Positions 1-13,200 of a DNA stretch of 64,000 nucleotides are shown piece by piece (position 1 is the first letter of the stretch; the number at the start of each line of letters is the position of its first letter). The notes under the pieces are model-generated. The model ran no database searches, was not told the DNA's origin, and worked only from the letters and a program-made list of their open reading frames with translations. Location: the NCBI GenBank assembly GCA_950097015.1, contig CATNEN010000001.1:4836001-4900000 (forward strand). Direction: 5' to 3'. The position numbers and the translations under genes are program-made. The stretch comes from Macrostomum hystrix. Lineage: Eukaryota > Animalia > Platyhelminthes.

Positions 1-767
1 ATATAGGTTATGGAGGCCATCAAAATATAGCAACTTCATAATAATATTCGCAAGAATTCTTTTGAACATTGCGTAGGGGTATAATTAGTAACTTTTTTTC
101 CAAGATTAGCAAAAGCTTGCCGGCTTTGAAAAAAATGGCTTTATCACTCCAAGCGACGCAGTTTATCGATAACTGGAGGTCTTTGTTCCGAATTTCAACC
201 CAATCTTTTCAAAGTGAGTGCAGGCGAAAAACGTTAGTGCGCAGAATGCTTGACCATATGGTAGAAAGAAAAAAGTATATAATCCTCAATTTCTGATATT
301 TATAGATGCATAACGACGGTAAGAATTTTATGTATCCCCAAAAAAATCCCACCTGCTTTCAAGTGTGTTGTGTAAAAGTTTAATCCCCCATCTCAGACTC
401 ATTCGTTCCCAACATAGTATTTCAAATTTCTTTGCAAAGCAAAATAAAGGCAAAATTGTGTACATTTTCTGTCCCAGATTTGGGATAAATTCCTCACACA
501 TGTTCTCATTCTTCTGTAGTGATTTTTCTTTAATCTTCTCTCCTTTTTAAACCAACAAGCATACGTAGCTAACTAGGCTATCCTAATTAAGTTACTCACT
601 TGCAGAATAAATAAAGTTTTTCCACCAGAAGAAAGATCTTGTTAACAATCTAAAATGTACAGCTTCAAAGCCACCTGGCGAAAAACAGCGACCGCAAACT
701 TTTCGTAAAACAAAGTGTCGAATTTTCGTTTTTGAATAAAATACTTACCAGTTAGACGAAGACTGGT

Positions 768-1115
768 CTGTTAGACAGGGATTTACCTGTTAGACAGGGA
801 TTTACCTGTTAGACAGAGATTTACCTGTTAGACAGGGATTTACCTGTTAGACAGGGATTTACCTGTTAGACAGGGTTTACCTGTTAGACAGGGATTTACC
901 TGTTAGACAGGTATTTACCTGTTAGACAGAGATTTACCTGTTATGCAGATATTTACCTGTTAGACAGGGATTTACCTGTTAGACAGGGATTTTCCTGTTA
1001 GACAGGGATTTACCTGTTAGACAGATATTTACCTGTTAGACAGTACAGATTTACTTGCTAGACAGAAATTTACCTGTTAGACAGTGATTTACCTGCTAGA
1101 CAGAGATTTACCTGT
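768..1115. repeat. Minisatellite, 19-bp unit TTTACCTGTTAGACAGGGA, about 18 copies
   Basis: Direct reading. Confidence 0.95.
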
Positions 1116-1674
1116 GACTTTGCACCTAATATTTTGTATCACTTTTATAAAAAGGCTACATTTATACAACCTGTTAAGTATTCTATTGTTACAGGTCTTT
1201 ACAGAATACACTAGATTATAATATGTCTGAGCATGCGAAGCCACATAGGCCAGGTGTAAAATTGCATATATCAATCTGCTCGTATGCACAGTTTAACCAA
1301 GCTGTTGGCAGACACCCTTTTAAAAGCGCTGTTTTGCGGTTAGCAACTATTTTTGGCCATTGTTTGAAAAAGCAATAAAATAAAAACTACCATAAGACAG
1401 CTCATATTGTTTGATGGCATTGTTGTGTGCTTGAGTTGCGGTTTGAGTCAAAGTCACACACACACACACATACTGTGAAACACCGGCTGTTTCACACTTC
1501 AACGGACAATATTTTGTTATAAATATACCTGTCTGTCACTAGGCGCGTTGGTTAACACATTATTATGCTTCAATATACCCCTAGTTGTAATTTTTTGGCT
1601 AACTAAATTAATCTGTAAGATACGATGGAAACGTTAGACATTGGGAGAATACGAGCAAACGTTTACTAAACTGC

Positions 1675-2366
1675 AGGGGAGATGGCACTGACAGATTTGG
1701 AGAAGGGGGGAGATGGCACTGACAGATTTTGGAGAAGGGGGGAGATGGCACTGATAGATTTGGAGAAGGGGGGAGATGGCAATGACAGATTTTGGAGAAG
1801 GGGGGAGATGGCACTGACAGATTTTGGAGAAGGGGGGAGATGGCACTGATAGACTTGAGAGAAGGGGGAGATGGCACTGATAGATTTGGAGAAGGGGGGA
1901 GATGGTACTGATAGATTTGGAGAAGGGGGAGATGGCACTGATAGACTTGAGAGAAGGGGGAGATGGCACTGATAGATTTGGAGAAGGGGGGAGATGGTAC
2001 TGATAGATTTGGAGAAGGGGGAGATGGCACTGATAGACTTGAGAGAAGGGGGAGATGGCACTGATAGATTTGGAGAAGGGGGGAGATGGTACTGATAGAT
2101 TTGGAGAAGGGGGAGATGGCACTGATAGATTTGGAGAAGGGGGGAGATGGCACTGATAGACTTGAGAGAAGGGGGAGATGGCACTGATAGACTTGAGAGA
2201 AGGGGGAGATGGCACTGATAGACTTGAGAGAAGGGGAGATGGCACTGATAGACTTGAGAGAAGGGGAGATGGCACTGATAGACTTGAGAGAAGGGGGGAG
2301 ATGGCACTGATAGACTTGAGAGAAGGGGAGATGGCACTGATAAACTTGAGAGAAGGGGGAGATGGC
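1675..2366. repeat. Minisatellite, about 31-bp unit GAGATGGCACTGATAGATTTGGAGAAGGGGG
   Basis: Direct reading; variable G run. Confidence 0.95.
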
Positions 2367-2967
2367 CCAGAAAGACATAAAACTCAATCAACCTTTAACT
2401 AAAGCACAATAAGTTGTTTAGGTCGTACAACTAAGGAGGTAAAAATGCAAAAAATGCCAACTACAATTATACGACTTGGAAAATACACAGAGCTAGTGTA
2501 CAATCGTAAACGCAGTTCTGTCTAAGAATGCTTTATTAATTATGGATAATAAAGCTAGGTATAACAGCTCAATTTCTTAGTCAAGTATTTAGCTTCGCAA
2601 AAGCACTATAAGCTTATATGGCTTTAACTATGCACAACAGGAATTTCCAATGCATTAATTTGACTTAGCTCAACCTAGCAATATAGCTACTTGCAGAGTG
2701 TTAATGAGATTTCTCTACTATGCAATGGTTGTAATTTATAGTAGTGCTGTATAACCAAGTGTGCAGCTGTGATGAAGTTTAACAGGCGTGAGAATAGAAT
2801 TATGATAAGTAAGGCGGCTGAGAACTAGAAAACTCAGAGTGAACCCTATGCGGGACACGGGTGACTCAGCAACAACTCACTGATTTAATTTCAGCTCATC
2901 TGCAACTACCGATGACGAATCCCTTCGGGCGTTTCTCCCGACCTTTTCGGGCTGAGAAGCGAACACC

Positions 2968-3740
2968 AGTAACCTGTTAGACAAGAACACCCGTAACCTG
3001 TTAGACAAGAACACCCGTAACGTGTTAGACAAGAGCACCCGTAAACTGTTAGACAAGAGCACCCGTAAACTGTTAGACAAGAGCACCCGTAAACTGTTAG
3101 ACAAGAGCACCCGTAAACTGTTAGACAAGAGAACCCGTAAACTGTTAGACAAGAGTACCCGTAACCTGTTAGACAAGAGCACCCGTAACCTTTTAGACAA
3201 GAGCACCCGTAACCTGTTAGACAAGAGCACCCGTAACCTGTTAGACAAGAACACCCGTAACCTGTTAGACAAGAGCACCCGTAACCTGTTAGACAAGAGC
3301 ACCCGTAACCTGTTAGACAAGAGCAGCCGTAAACTGTTAGACAAGAGCACCCGTAACCTGTTAGACAAGAACACCCGTAACCTGTTAGACAAGAGCAGCC
3401 GTAACCTGTTAGACAAGAGCAGCCGTAACCTGTTAGACAAGAGCACCCGTAGCCTGTTAGACAAGAACACCCGTAACCTGTTAGACAAGAACACCCGTAA
3501 CCTGTTAGACAAGAACACCCGTAACGTGTTAGACAAGAGCACCCATAACCTGTTAGACAAGAGCACCCGTAACCTGTTAGACAAGAGCACCCGTAACCTG
3601 TTAGACAAAAACACCCGTAACCTGTTAGACAAGAACACCCGTAACGTGTTAGACAAGAGCACCCATAACCTGTTAGACAAGAGCACCCGTAACCTGTTAG
3701 ACAAGAGCACCCGTAACCTGTTAGACAAAAACACCCGTAA
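2968..3740. repeat. Minisatellite, 24-bp unit AACCTGTTAGACAAGAGCACCCGT, about 32 copies
   Basis: Direct reading. Confidence 0.95.
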
Positions 3741-3996
3741 TACATAATCAACAATAAATGTCAATCACCTGTAAAGCAAGCTATGGAACATGGGTTTCAA
3801 ATTGGACTCAGGATTATGGGTTGGGGTAATGCCAGTCACCATGCAGTCTTCATTTTCTCTTCTCAAATCGCATGCATAACTTTCTCCAACTTATAACTAT
3901 ATGTTTAAGAACCACCCAACGTTCTCTTTGTCCCACCCCTGCATGCTGTGAGCATGAATACAAAGCATGAATTTAGCTTTTTTTGTTTGAGACCCT

Positions 3997-4027
<31 letters not shown>

Positions 4028-4564
4028 GAAACAACAGCAGGGGGGCTTTGGTAGGTCCGAATTTAAAAGCTACGAGACAAACTTTGCATACATAAAAAAG
4101 ACCCAATATTATCAGCAACTTCAACAATTATTGTGCTGTATGCATTCCTATAAATGTCCCGCATGATTCACATTGCTCTGAGAAAAATTTATTATATATA
4201 AATTACTAAAAACATCTTTTTTCCAGACACCATTTCACAAACGATTGAAAAGAAAATTAAAGAGGCATAGACAGAGAAAAAACGGAATAAAAAAGGAAAG
4301 CGACATAATTTACGGACAACAATGGAGTCATTGCATGTGGGAGTGTCTGGTTTTTATATCTTTTTTGTATGCATTTTTATATCCTGACAGTATATGGAAT
4401 GAGCATGCCATTCTAGACCATAGAATCTTGAATGTTTGAATCTAGAACGCCTTGCGTAGAAGACTAGATAGGAGGCTTATGTGGGTTAAGGTGTGTATAG
4501 ACGGCTATGTGGGTAACCAACTCGCTTACTCAGTGGCGTTGAGACAGGTGTAGTTGAGTCAGGT

Positions 4565-5415
4565 TAGAGATGAAACAGGGGAGAGATGAGACAGAGAGGG
4601 AGGTAAGACACGGTAGAGATGACACAGGGGAGACAGGGGAGAGATGAAAAAGGAGAGAGATAAGACGGGAGAGGTGAGACACGGGAGAGATGAGACACGG
4701 GAGAGATGTGACACGGGAGAGATGGGACACGGGAGATATGAGACACGGGACGGATGAGACACGGGAGAGATGTGACACGGGAGAGATAAGACACGGGAGA
4801 GATAAGACACAGGAGAGATGAGACACAGGAGAGATGAGACACAGGAGAGATAAGACACAGGAGAGATGAGACACGGGAGAGATGAGACACGGGAGAGATG
4901 AGACACGGGAGAGATGTGACACGGGAGAGATGGGACACGGGAGATATGAGACACGGGACGGATGAGACACGGGACGGATGAGACACGGGAGAGATGTGAC
5001 ACGGGCGAGATGTGACACGGGAGAGATGGGACACGGGAGATATGAGACACGGGACGGATGAGACACGGGACGGATGAGACACGGGAGAGATGTGACACGG
5101 GAGAGATGAGACACGGGAGAGATGAGACACGGGAGAGATGAGACACAGGAGATATGAGACACGGGACGGATGAGACACGGGAGAGATGAGACACAGGAGA
5201 GATGAGACACGGGAGAGATGAGACACAGGAGAGATGAGACACGGGAGAGATGAGACACGGGAGAGATGAGACACGGGAGAGATGAGACAGGGTAGAGATG
5301 AGACACGGGACAGATGAGACTCGGAAGAGATGAGACGGGGTAGAGATGAGACACGGGAGAGATGAGACACGGGAGAGATGAGACACGGGAGAGATGAGAC
5401 ACGGGGGAGATAAGG
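4565..5415. repeat. Minisatellite, 16-bp unit GAGACACGGGAGAGAT
   Basis: Direct reading; same unit at 33330-33510. Confidence 0.95.
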
Positions 5416-6199
5416 CACGAAGCTTCGTGGGTTGTCTGGTCGGTGGTCTAGAGTGCTGCTGTTTTAAAGTTTTTAGTGAAGAGTCATACATAGCGAGAAA
5501 AAATTGCCCGTTTACGAGTATTAATCATGGCCTATCATATCAATATTAGGAGTACTAATGTGTTGCATTTTTACTCTTTATGTTTGTTCTAGAATTTTGC
5601 ACTGCTCGACTAGTCTTAGCTATTATTCTAAAAGCGATTGTTGGAGTGGCTTGTCAAACGTTCAGTTATAAGTATTGTCGAGGAGCTTTAAGATTCTTTA
5701 TCTCTGCTGTAAAAGAGCACACAATGGGCGACAGAGTTGAGAATATGGCTAGTCTACTCTAACACTTAATATGGTTTAGCGATATTAAGCGAGCCATTTG
5801 GCAGCGAGTAGTTTAACGATCAAATGTCGCGCCAAGTTGTCAACTGGGGTTTATTTTTATTGTTCCTATTATAGTTATGTTGGACGGTTAAGCGCTTGAC
5901 AATGTGTTGTTTTTTGTTACAGAAGCGGGTGCGCTTCCAGTAAAGGGAGCGCCATCGAGACTGGAGGGGACAGGGTGGACAGTGGAGCGCAACATGGCAG
6001 AGTTTTTAAGTGTTGCGTTTTTAGAGCCCTAGTGCAGTCGCAGTGTGTGTGTGGGTGTCGCCAGCGTCGATAAGAAGCGCGTTTTATTAAATATGGGGGT
6101 GCCTGATGTTCGCGCCAATTCACGCTGGCCACTACTATAATAAATGTGTTGGTGGGCTAGTAATGCGCGCGTGCGGTAGGGTGAGGGTGTGGGGTATGG

Positions 6200-6410
6200 G
6201 GTGGGGCGGGGCCCAGACCAGACAGGCTGTCTGGAAAGAAGCGCAAAATCTCACGCGCTGGTGGGTGGGGTCCAAGGGGTGAAATGGTGGCGGGTCAAAA
6301 GGACTTAATAGCCACCGCTGAAGGGGAGGGGGGAGGCGAGAGAAAAAACTCGCAGTCCACGCTTCACCCTCGATTGGCTGGCAGTGAAATTGGCGTCAGC
6401 CAATAGTAAG
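6200..6410 (+). promoter_or_regulatory. Candidate anosmin promoter: GC box plus three CCAAT boxes
   Basis: GGGGCGGGGC at 6203-6212; ATTGG 6373, ATTGG 6389, CCAAT 6400; GC/CpG-richer region upstream of exon 1. Confidence 0.4.
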
Positions 6411-7059
6411 GCGAGGTTAGTCATACAACGTTTTAAGTTTGGGGGGCCCACGGGGCCTTTTCCTTCATCTCTTCAATTTTGTTGGCCAGCGGCACTGGAC
6501 AGGCACAGGAGACGACAGAGAGAGACGAGACGACAGAAGAAACTTTGAGACAAGAATCCACACCAGCGCGTGCTACGTTACAGAAATTTTTTTGGAAAAG
6601 CGTTTGCAGAACTTCTCTGCTAGTTAAGGATTGGAATAAAATTTTGCTGTCCTCATCGTTGGCATCGCCTCTGCATCACGCAATACAGCAGCTTCTGAGC
6701 ACGGGTGGAACTTTTAGGCCACTTCAGTTCTACCGCACTACCAAAATCCCTCACCCCAAGCACAGCACAGCACCCAGGCCGAGGAAGAAGGCAATCTTAA
6801 ACTATCTCCCTGCCGGATTTGGCAGCACCCACTAGTTCAGTGTCGCCATCAAATGACAACGACAAAGGAAAAGAGGAATCGTCGGCGGGTGCTTCTTCAA
6901 TAAAATAAACAAAAAGAGGCGGAAAAAAGAAGAGAGGCCTGAACTGTCACTCTTCTCTCTACCTTCTCCGCGTCTGCAACTGCTTGAATACAACAGAGAT
7001 TTTCCTAAATAGATTAGCCCTACGTAACCTCAACTAAACTCAGCCATTCTGGTGCGAGA

Positions 7060-7287
7060 ATGTCGCCACCGAGTCACCTGCTTCTACTGCAGCTCATTCT
7101 GCTACAGTGGACAGCAGCACCTTCTGCTGCCCTAGCGGCAGTGTCCTCTGCGGCCTCCGTGTCGAGCTCCGTGGCAAACAATCTGGACCTGTGGACCAAT
7201 GATTTTACATTCGCCCAGGCCCAGTCTAGAGCAGTCTGTCTGCACATGTACGTGGACGAGCTGACGGCTCAGAGTTCGTTGGATAAG
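7060..7287 (+). CDS. ANOS1: anosmin exon 1 (signal peptide and start of Cys box)
   Basis: MSPPSHLLLLQLILLQWTAAPSAALAA...AQSRAVCLHMY...LDK then AAG|GTGAGA donor, phase 0. Confidence 0.8.
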
Positions 7288-10200
7288 GTGAGAGTTATGT
7301 AAAGCTTTACTTTTAATATGCAATCCTGATACCTGTTTCACTTCAAAGCTAAAATTATTGGTGTCAAAAAGCACCCTCCGAAAGAAGTCTAAAACCCCAA
7401 ACTCGATGCTTCAGAAGTGACACCCGATTAGAATGAATCCCCAAACTCGATGCTGCAGAAGTGACACTCGGTTAGAATGAAACCCCGAACTCGATGCTGC
7501 AGAAGTGACACTCGGTTAGAATGAATCCCCAAACTCGATGCTGCAGAAGTGACACTCGGTTAGAATGAATCCCTAAACTCGATGCTTCAGAAGTGACACC
7601 CGGTTAGAATGAATCCCCAAACTCGATGCTGCAGAAGTGACACTCGGTTAGAATGAAACCCCGAACTCGATGCTGCAGAAGTGACACTCGGTTAGAATGA
7701 ATCCCCAAACTCGATGCTGCAGAAGTGACACTCGGTTAGAATGAATCCCCAAACTCGATGCTGCAGAAGTGACACCCGGTTAGAATGAATCCCCAAACTC
7801 GATGCTGCAGAAGTGACACCCGGTTAGAATGAATCCCCAAACTCGATGCTGCAGAAGTGACACCCGGTTAGAATGAATCCCCAAACTCGATGCTGCAGAA
7901 GTGACACCCGGTTAGAATGAAACCCCAAACTCGATGCTGCAGAAGTGACACCTGGTTAGAATGTAACTTCAGGCTTTGTACTTTTTAACGCTTCTTCTTA
8001 AAATTCAACGCTTTTATTACTCACATTAATTTATTACTAATCGAAAGGGATGAAAAGCTTTTGTGGAAGGAAAAAACTGTAAACCGACCGTATTTTTCTT
8101 TAAGTGCCTCTGCACTTGAGGTGTAATTCAATCCGGATGCGGCATTTAAAATGTTAGCTACTTAGCAGGCCCCCGCAAGCAGAGCTATAGCTAGTCAAAG
8201 TTAAACTGTCAGTATAAAGAAGGACTGCTTTATGTTATGCAGCCTTTGTTTATTTTTTTCAGAATTTATTCTGTACAGTACGTCTAGATTCAATATATAG
8301 TAATGAAACTTCTTGGATGTGCAGGTAGGCGGAAATATATTTCTTGCTAACTGGCACTAATGTCTCAGGTGCAAATGCATGAAGCGGAAATACTGAAACC
8401 AGGCCGCTAAATCTAATTTGGCATAGTTGCTACCATTTTATAATTTCCTCATTCGCCGAACAGAAAATTTATGTTTCATAGTTTACCGCGGAAAGTATAA
8501 ACGATGGAAATTCAAATTCCAGCATCTATAATTAAAGATCGCTTTCAATAAGTCTCGAATGCACCCAAATTAATTAAGGTAGGAGTTATACTATACAGTA
8601 ACGGTTTTACGATAGCTGCCAATCGCTCGTACAATATCGTGTGCATTGCATACTGGTTTAATTATGACAAAGACTTCAGGCGTTCCTGTACCGTCATAAA
8701 GCATTCTAGTCATAGTTCACGTCATAAAAGGCTATAGATTGTTAGCACCTGAAATGCACTTGAATTCTGAAATTTAAATGAACCATTTTTCTAATAAAAA
8801 TGGATGTAGAAGCTAAAGATCGTATTGTATATATAATTAGATAAATATTTAGCAATTAGAGAGAATAACTTCAGTATCACATTAGCTGAGTTCCGATATT
8901 GACAAATTATAATAAATCTTTTAACACCCCAGACAAGGCATATTTACCTTATCTTATCTATGAAATGAGCCGTGGCTATAAATCTTTGCTTCATATTAAC
9001 TTAGACTACTGTTAATGATGTTTGATAAGAAGATTGCTTAAAAAATTTTCCGTCTAGCGATAGTCTCCTCATTCACTTGAAGACCCCTCATCGAAAAGTC
9101 GCTATTTCGTGCGCTATAGTAATTATATTTTTTCATACTGCATTGTAAAAATGTAAAAAAATAATGGTCATATCGTAATCCACATTGTGAATGGCAGAAT
9201 TTCACATGAAACACTATGAAGATTGTGAAAAAAGTAGAACAGCAGCCTACTTTAGTATACTACTCAAATCTTTATAGCCACACCTCGTCACTAATTCATT
9301 CCGTGAAGTCCTATACCTGTACACAAAAATGAATCTGAACAAAAGAGATTTGAGACTTTGAGAGTGGAAGCTGCCATGCTGTTGAAGGAGTTATTTTGGA
9401 TTAGATTTTTTCAAGACGAGAGGCGACATTGCGTGAGAGTCTGCAATATTAACAAATTTTCGATTCTGCTCAAAGAGGTTTAGACAGAGCCAGTGGGTTA
9501 AGTGTGTATAGGAATTTTTAATTTTTAACCTCACCTACCTCGCGCGCAAGATCCACAATCCTAAACCCGATCCCTAATTCCTAATCCCTATTTCTCCCTT
9601 TCCCCCTGACCTCATACCCTCTCAGAGAATGCCGGCACCTGCTCTTTATAATATGGCAGGGGACTGCAGTGTTTGAGTCTATGCTCAAATGCGCGGTATA
9701 GAAAATCTAATTTTTCACGCTTGAGCTGCTGTTCATACCGTCCAATACGATAGCCTATCTCGTGATTATAGAGGCGAAAACTTCTCAGCAGATTCTAAGA
9801 TTTGAGAACCCGGAGCCCAGGCTATAGCTTCTGATTATTTTGAATTGAACGGAGCCAGAAGGGGAAGCGGGGAAGCGGGGAAGCGGTTCAGCTTTGTTGC
9901 GCAGTTTGAGCTTGAGATGAGAAGAGCTTTGGAGGGCTCGGTGTTTGTCAGGCGGTTTGTGGGTGAGAATTTGTGATGCAATACCTTAGCTGGCCGTCTT
10001 GAAAAATTGCTCACCAACCTCTGAGGGTGCTCGAGATGAAGGATTTGATTCTTCCTTTATTTTTATCCCCAGGTTTTCCCCTATGATCTTCATCCCCATG
10101 CTCCCTTCTCTCACCTTGCATCTCCCTTCTCTCTCACCTTGCATCTCCCTTCTCTCTCACCTTGCATCTCCCTTCTCTCTCACCTTGCATCTCCCTTCTC

Positions 10201-13200
10201 TCTCACCTTGCATCTCTCTTCTCTCACATTGCATCTCCCTTCTCTCTCACCTTGCATCTCTCTTCTCTCACCTTGCATCTCCCTTCTCTCTCACCTTGCA
10301 TCTCCCTTCTCTCACCTTGCATCTCCCTTCTCTCTCACCTTGCATCTCCCTTCTCTCTCACCTTGCATCTCCCTTCTCTCACCTTGCATCTCTCTTCTCT
10401 CTCACCTTGCATCTCCCTTCTCTCTCACCTTGCATCTCCCTTCTCTCACCTTGCATCTCTCTTCTCTCTCACCTTGCATCTCTCTTCTCTCTCACCTTGC
10501 ATCTTCCTTCTCTCTCACCTTGCATCTTCCTTCTCTCTCACCTTGCATCTCCCTTCTCTCTCACCTTGCATCTCCCTTCTCTCTCACCTTGCATCTCCCT
10601 TCTCTCGCCTTGCATCTCCCTTCTCTCACATTGCATCTCCCTTCTCTCGCCTTGCATCTCCCTTCTCTCACCTTGCATCTCCCTTCTCTCTCACCTTGCA
10701 TCTCCCTTCTCTCACATTGCATCTCCCTTCTCTCTCACCTTGCATCTCTCTTCTCTCACCTTGCATCTCCCTTCTCTCACCTTGCATCTCTCTTCTCTCT
10801 CACCTTGCATCTCTCTTCTCTCTCACCTTGCATCTTCCTTCTCTCTCACCTTGCATCTCTCTTCTCTCTCACCTTGCATCTTCCTTCTCTCTCACCTTGC
10901 ATCTCCCTTTTCTCTCACCTTGCATCTCCCTTCTCTCTCACCTTGCATCTCCCTTCTCTCGCCTTGCATCTCCCTTCTCTCTCACCTTGCATCTCTCTTC
11001 TCTCTCACCTTGCATCTCTCTTCTCTCTCACCTTGCATCTCTCTTCTCTCACCTTGCATCTCTCTTCTCTCACCTTGCATCTCTCTTCTCTCTCACCTTG
11101 CATCTCTCTTCTCTCACCTTGCATCTCTCTTCTCTCTAACACCTTGCATCTCCCTTCTCTAACTGACATTCCCCTATGACTAAAAATGTCTCGCTTTATA
11201 TTTTCTCCATCCAAGCCTTCATTATCTTTCTTAGTTTAAATTTATTATACAAACACTGACCCCAATTTCATCTCGATTTTGGGAATCAAATTATCTTGTC
11301 TAATTTAATTTATTACATGCGGACTTATGCAACTATGAGTACATACCTGTCCTCTCACCATCCAATCCAATTCAGACAAGATAGCTCAAACTGTTAGTTT
11401 TCCCCGTACATCTATCCAGAAGTCGGCTCTTCGCTTCTTTAGTTAGTCGTTGTTTTTTCTTTTCGTTCTAAGCCTCTGTATGACAAAACTCCCCTGTCCC
11501 TAGAATCCCTATATCTGATATACTTCGAATTGATGAACGCCTCGCTGACTACAAGACGGTCTCTAGGGGACTGATGGAGCTTCGGAGTGAGAACTATTGT
11601 GGGGGTTCAGAGGTAAGCTATATCACCCACGTATTTACAATACTAATTTGTAATGCCCCATCTCTCTCAAATCACCTGCATGAGTGCACTGTTGGAACTA
11701 TGGTCTATGGAACCCTGGGGGCTTGCAAAAAATAGTTTGTGGGGATAAGTGGTGTCGTGTTGGCTACGTCTTCTGTCTGTATAGGCGTTTTCGGTTGTAG
11801 GGTAAATCCTAATTAATCGGCTTCTTAAAATTCTTTTGATCAAATCGGTTCATTAGATTACAAAAGCTGACAATCCTCTTTAATAACTAAATTCTTCCTA
11901 TTCTTATGTCATAGTTTATCCCAAGACTCTCTTCTAGAAGGCCTACTTTGGGGATATTATGATCGCGCCAGTGCCTCAATTGTTTGTCATTCTAATTTAA
12001 GGGATTTATATAAATAGGAAATTCCCCCTATTGCCTTAATTTGCCGCAGGTGGTCCTAAATAGGTGCAATAAACGAAGAAGCTATTTTTCAAGACACTCG
12101 GTGGGTTTAAATGCGTTCCTTGTTTAATTTTCTATGGCAAAAATTTTCATTGTTAGCGTTCAGTGCAGGCATTGTGCGAATGACACAATCAAGCATTTTG
12201 ACTTTGATTTATTACTGCACTGCACACGGCACAGTAAGGCAATGCCTACTCCTTAGATCAATGTCCAAACATAGATCATTCCTATCAAGCTGCCTTATTC
12301 TCGGCTGTATTCTCTAGAGAATTTTTCCAAAAACCCTAAATGGGATTATTATCTGTGGTAGGGAGAGGGATAATTTTCTCATTGTCTCGCTGTCTGAATT
12401 CGATCGGCCCTGCAAAGCCAAAAGCAATCCTGCCTTCCAGGGCAAAAGAAAACAACAATAGGTAAAAGGGAAATTAGCTTCCATCGCAACAGAATCCACA
12501 GTGCTGCAAGGACAAAGACTTGCAAGATGTGGCGCATGGGTTTACCTGTGATTCACCGGCCTTACAATGCTAATTAAGAATTTACGTTAAACACGATTAT
12601 TTTCTTTTACTATACTACCTGGCTTAGATGATAAGACATCATCACACTTTTCACCTATCAATCCTTTTTTCTGTCTGCTTTCAGATCTTGCTATTCCCCT
12701 AAAACAGTCTGATTTTTAGTTGCCAAGCCAAGAAATTTAAATCCTATCTACAGTCTCTATCTTTCTTTCTTCACAATTGTCTCCTGGGCGAATGAAGACT
12801 GAAGACGTCACGTCAGAGTCAGTTTAAGGCGGAAAAAAACTCGATCTAGATTGAATCCTATGCTAAGAGGCATTGCCGCATATGCGAGAAGAATAAATGC
12901 AGAGACAGGTGAGAGATATATCGCCCTGGGGTACTGGAGGAAGAGAGGGACAGTTGAGACAGATTATAGAAAAAAAGAGCCAGGTGAAAGAGATTAGAGA
13001 AGAAGAAAGACAGGTGTGGGAGATTAGAGAATGAGGGAGAGACAGGTGAGGGAATTAGATTGCAGGAGATAAACAGGTGAGAGAGATTAGATTGCAGGAG
13101 ATAAACAGGTGAGAGAGATTAGATTGCAGGAGATAGACAGGTGAGAGAGATTAGATTGCGCAGGAGACAGACAGGTGAGAAAGATTAGATTGCAGGAGAT

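Noticed and set aside
590-770. Minus-strand donor-like sites (GTAAGT near 748, GTGAGT near 599) suggesting microexons of a gene leaving the window
   Set aside because: No supportable reading frame or homology.
2877-3764. Repeat ORFs (GYGCSCLT)n, (LLDKSTRN)n, (RVLLSNRL)n; the first resembles keratin-associated Gly-Tyr-Cys proteins
   Set aside because: A 24-bp unit open in several frames at once, with no signal exon, convincing splice context or synonymous bias noticed, unlike the FADF array.
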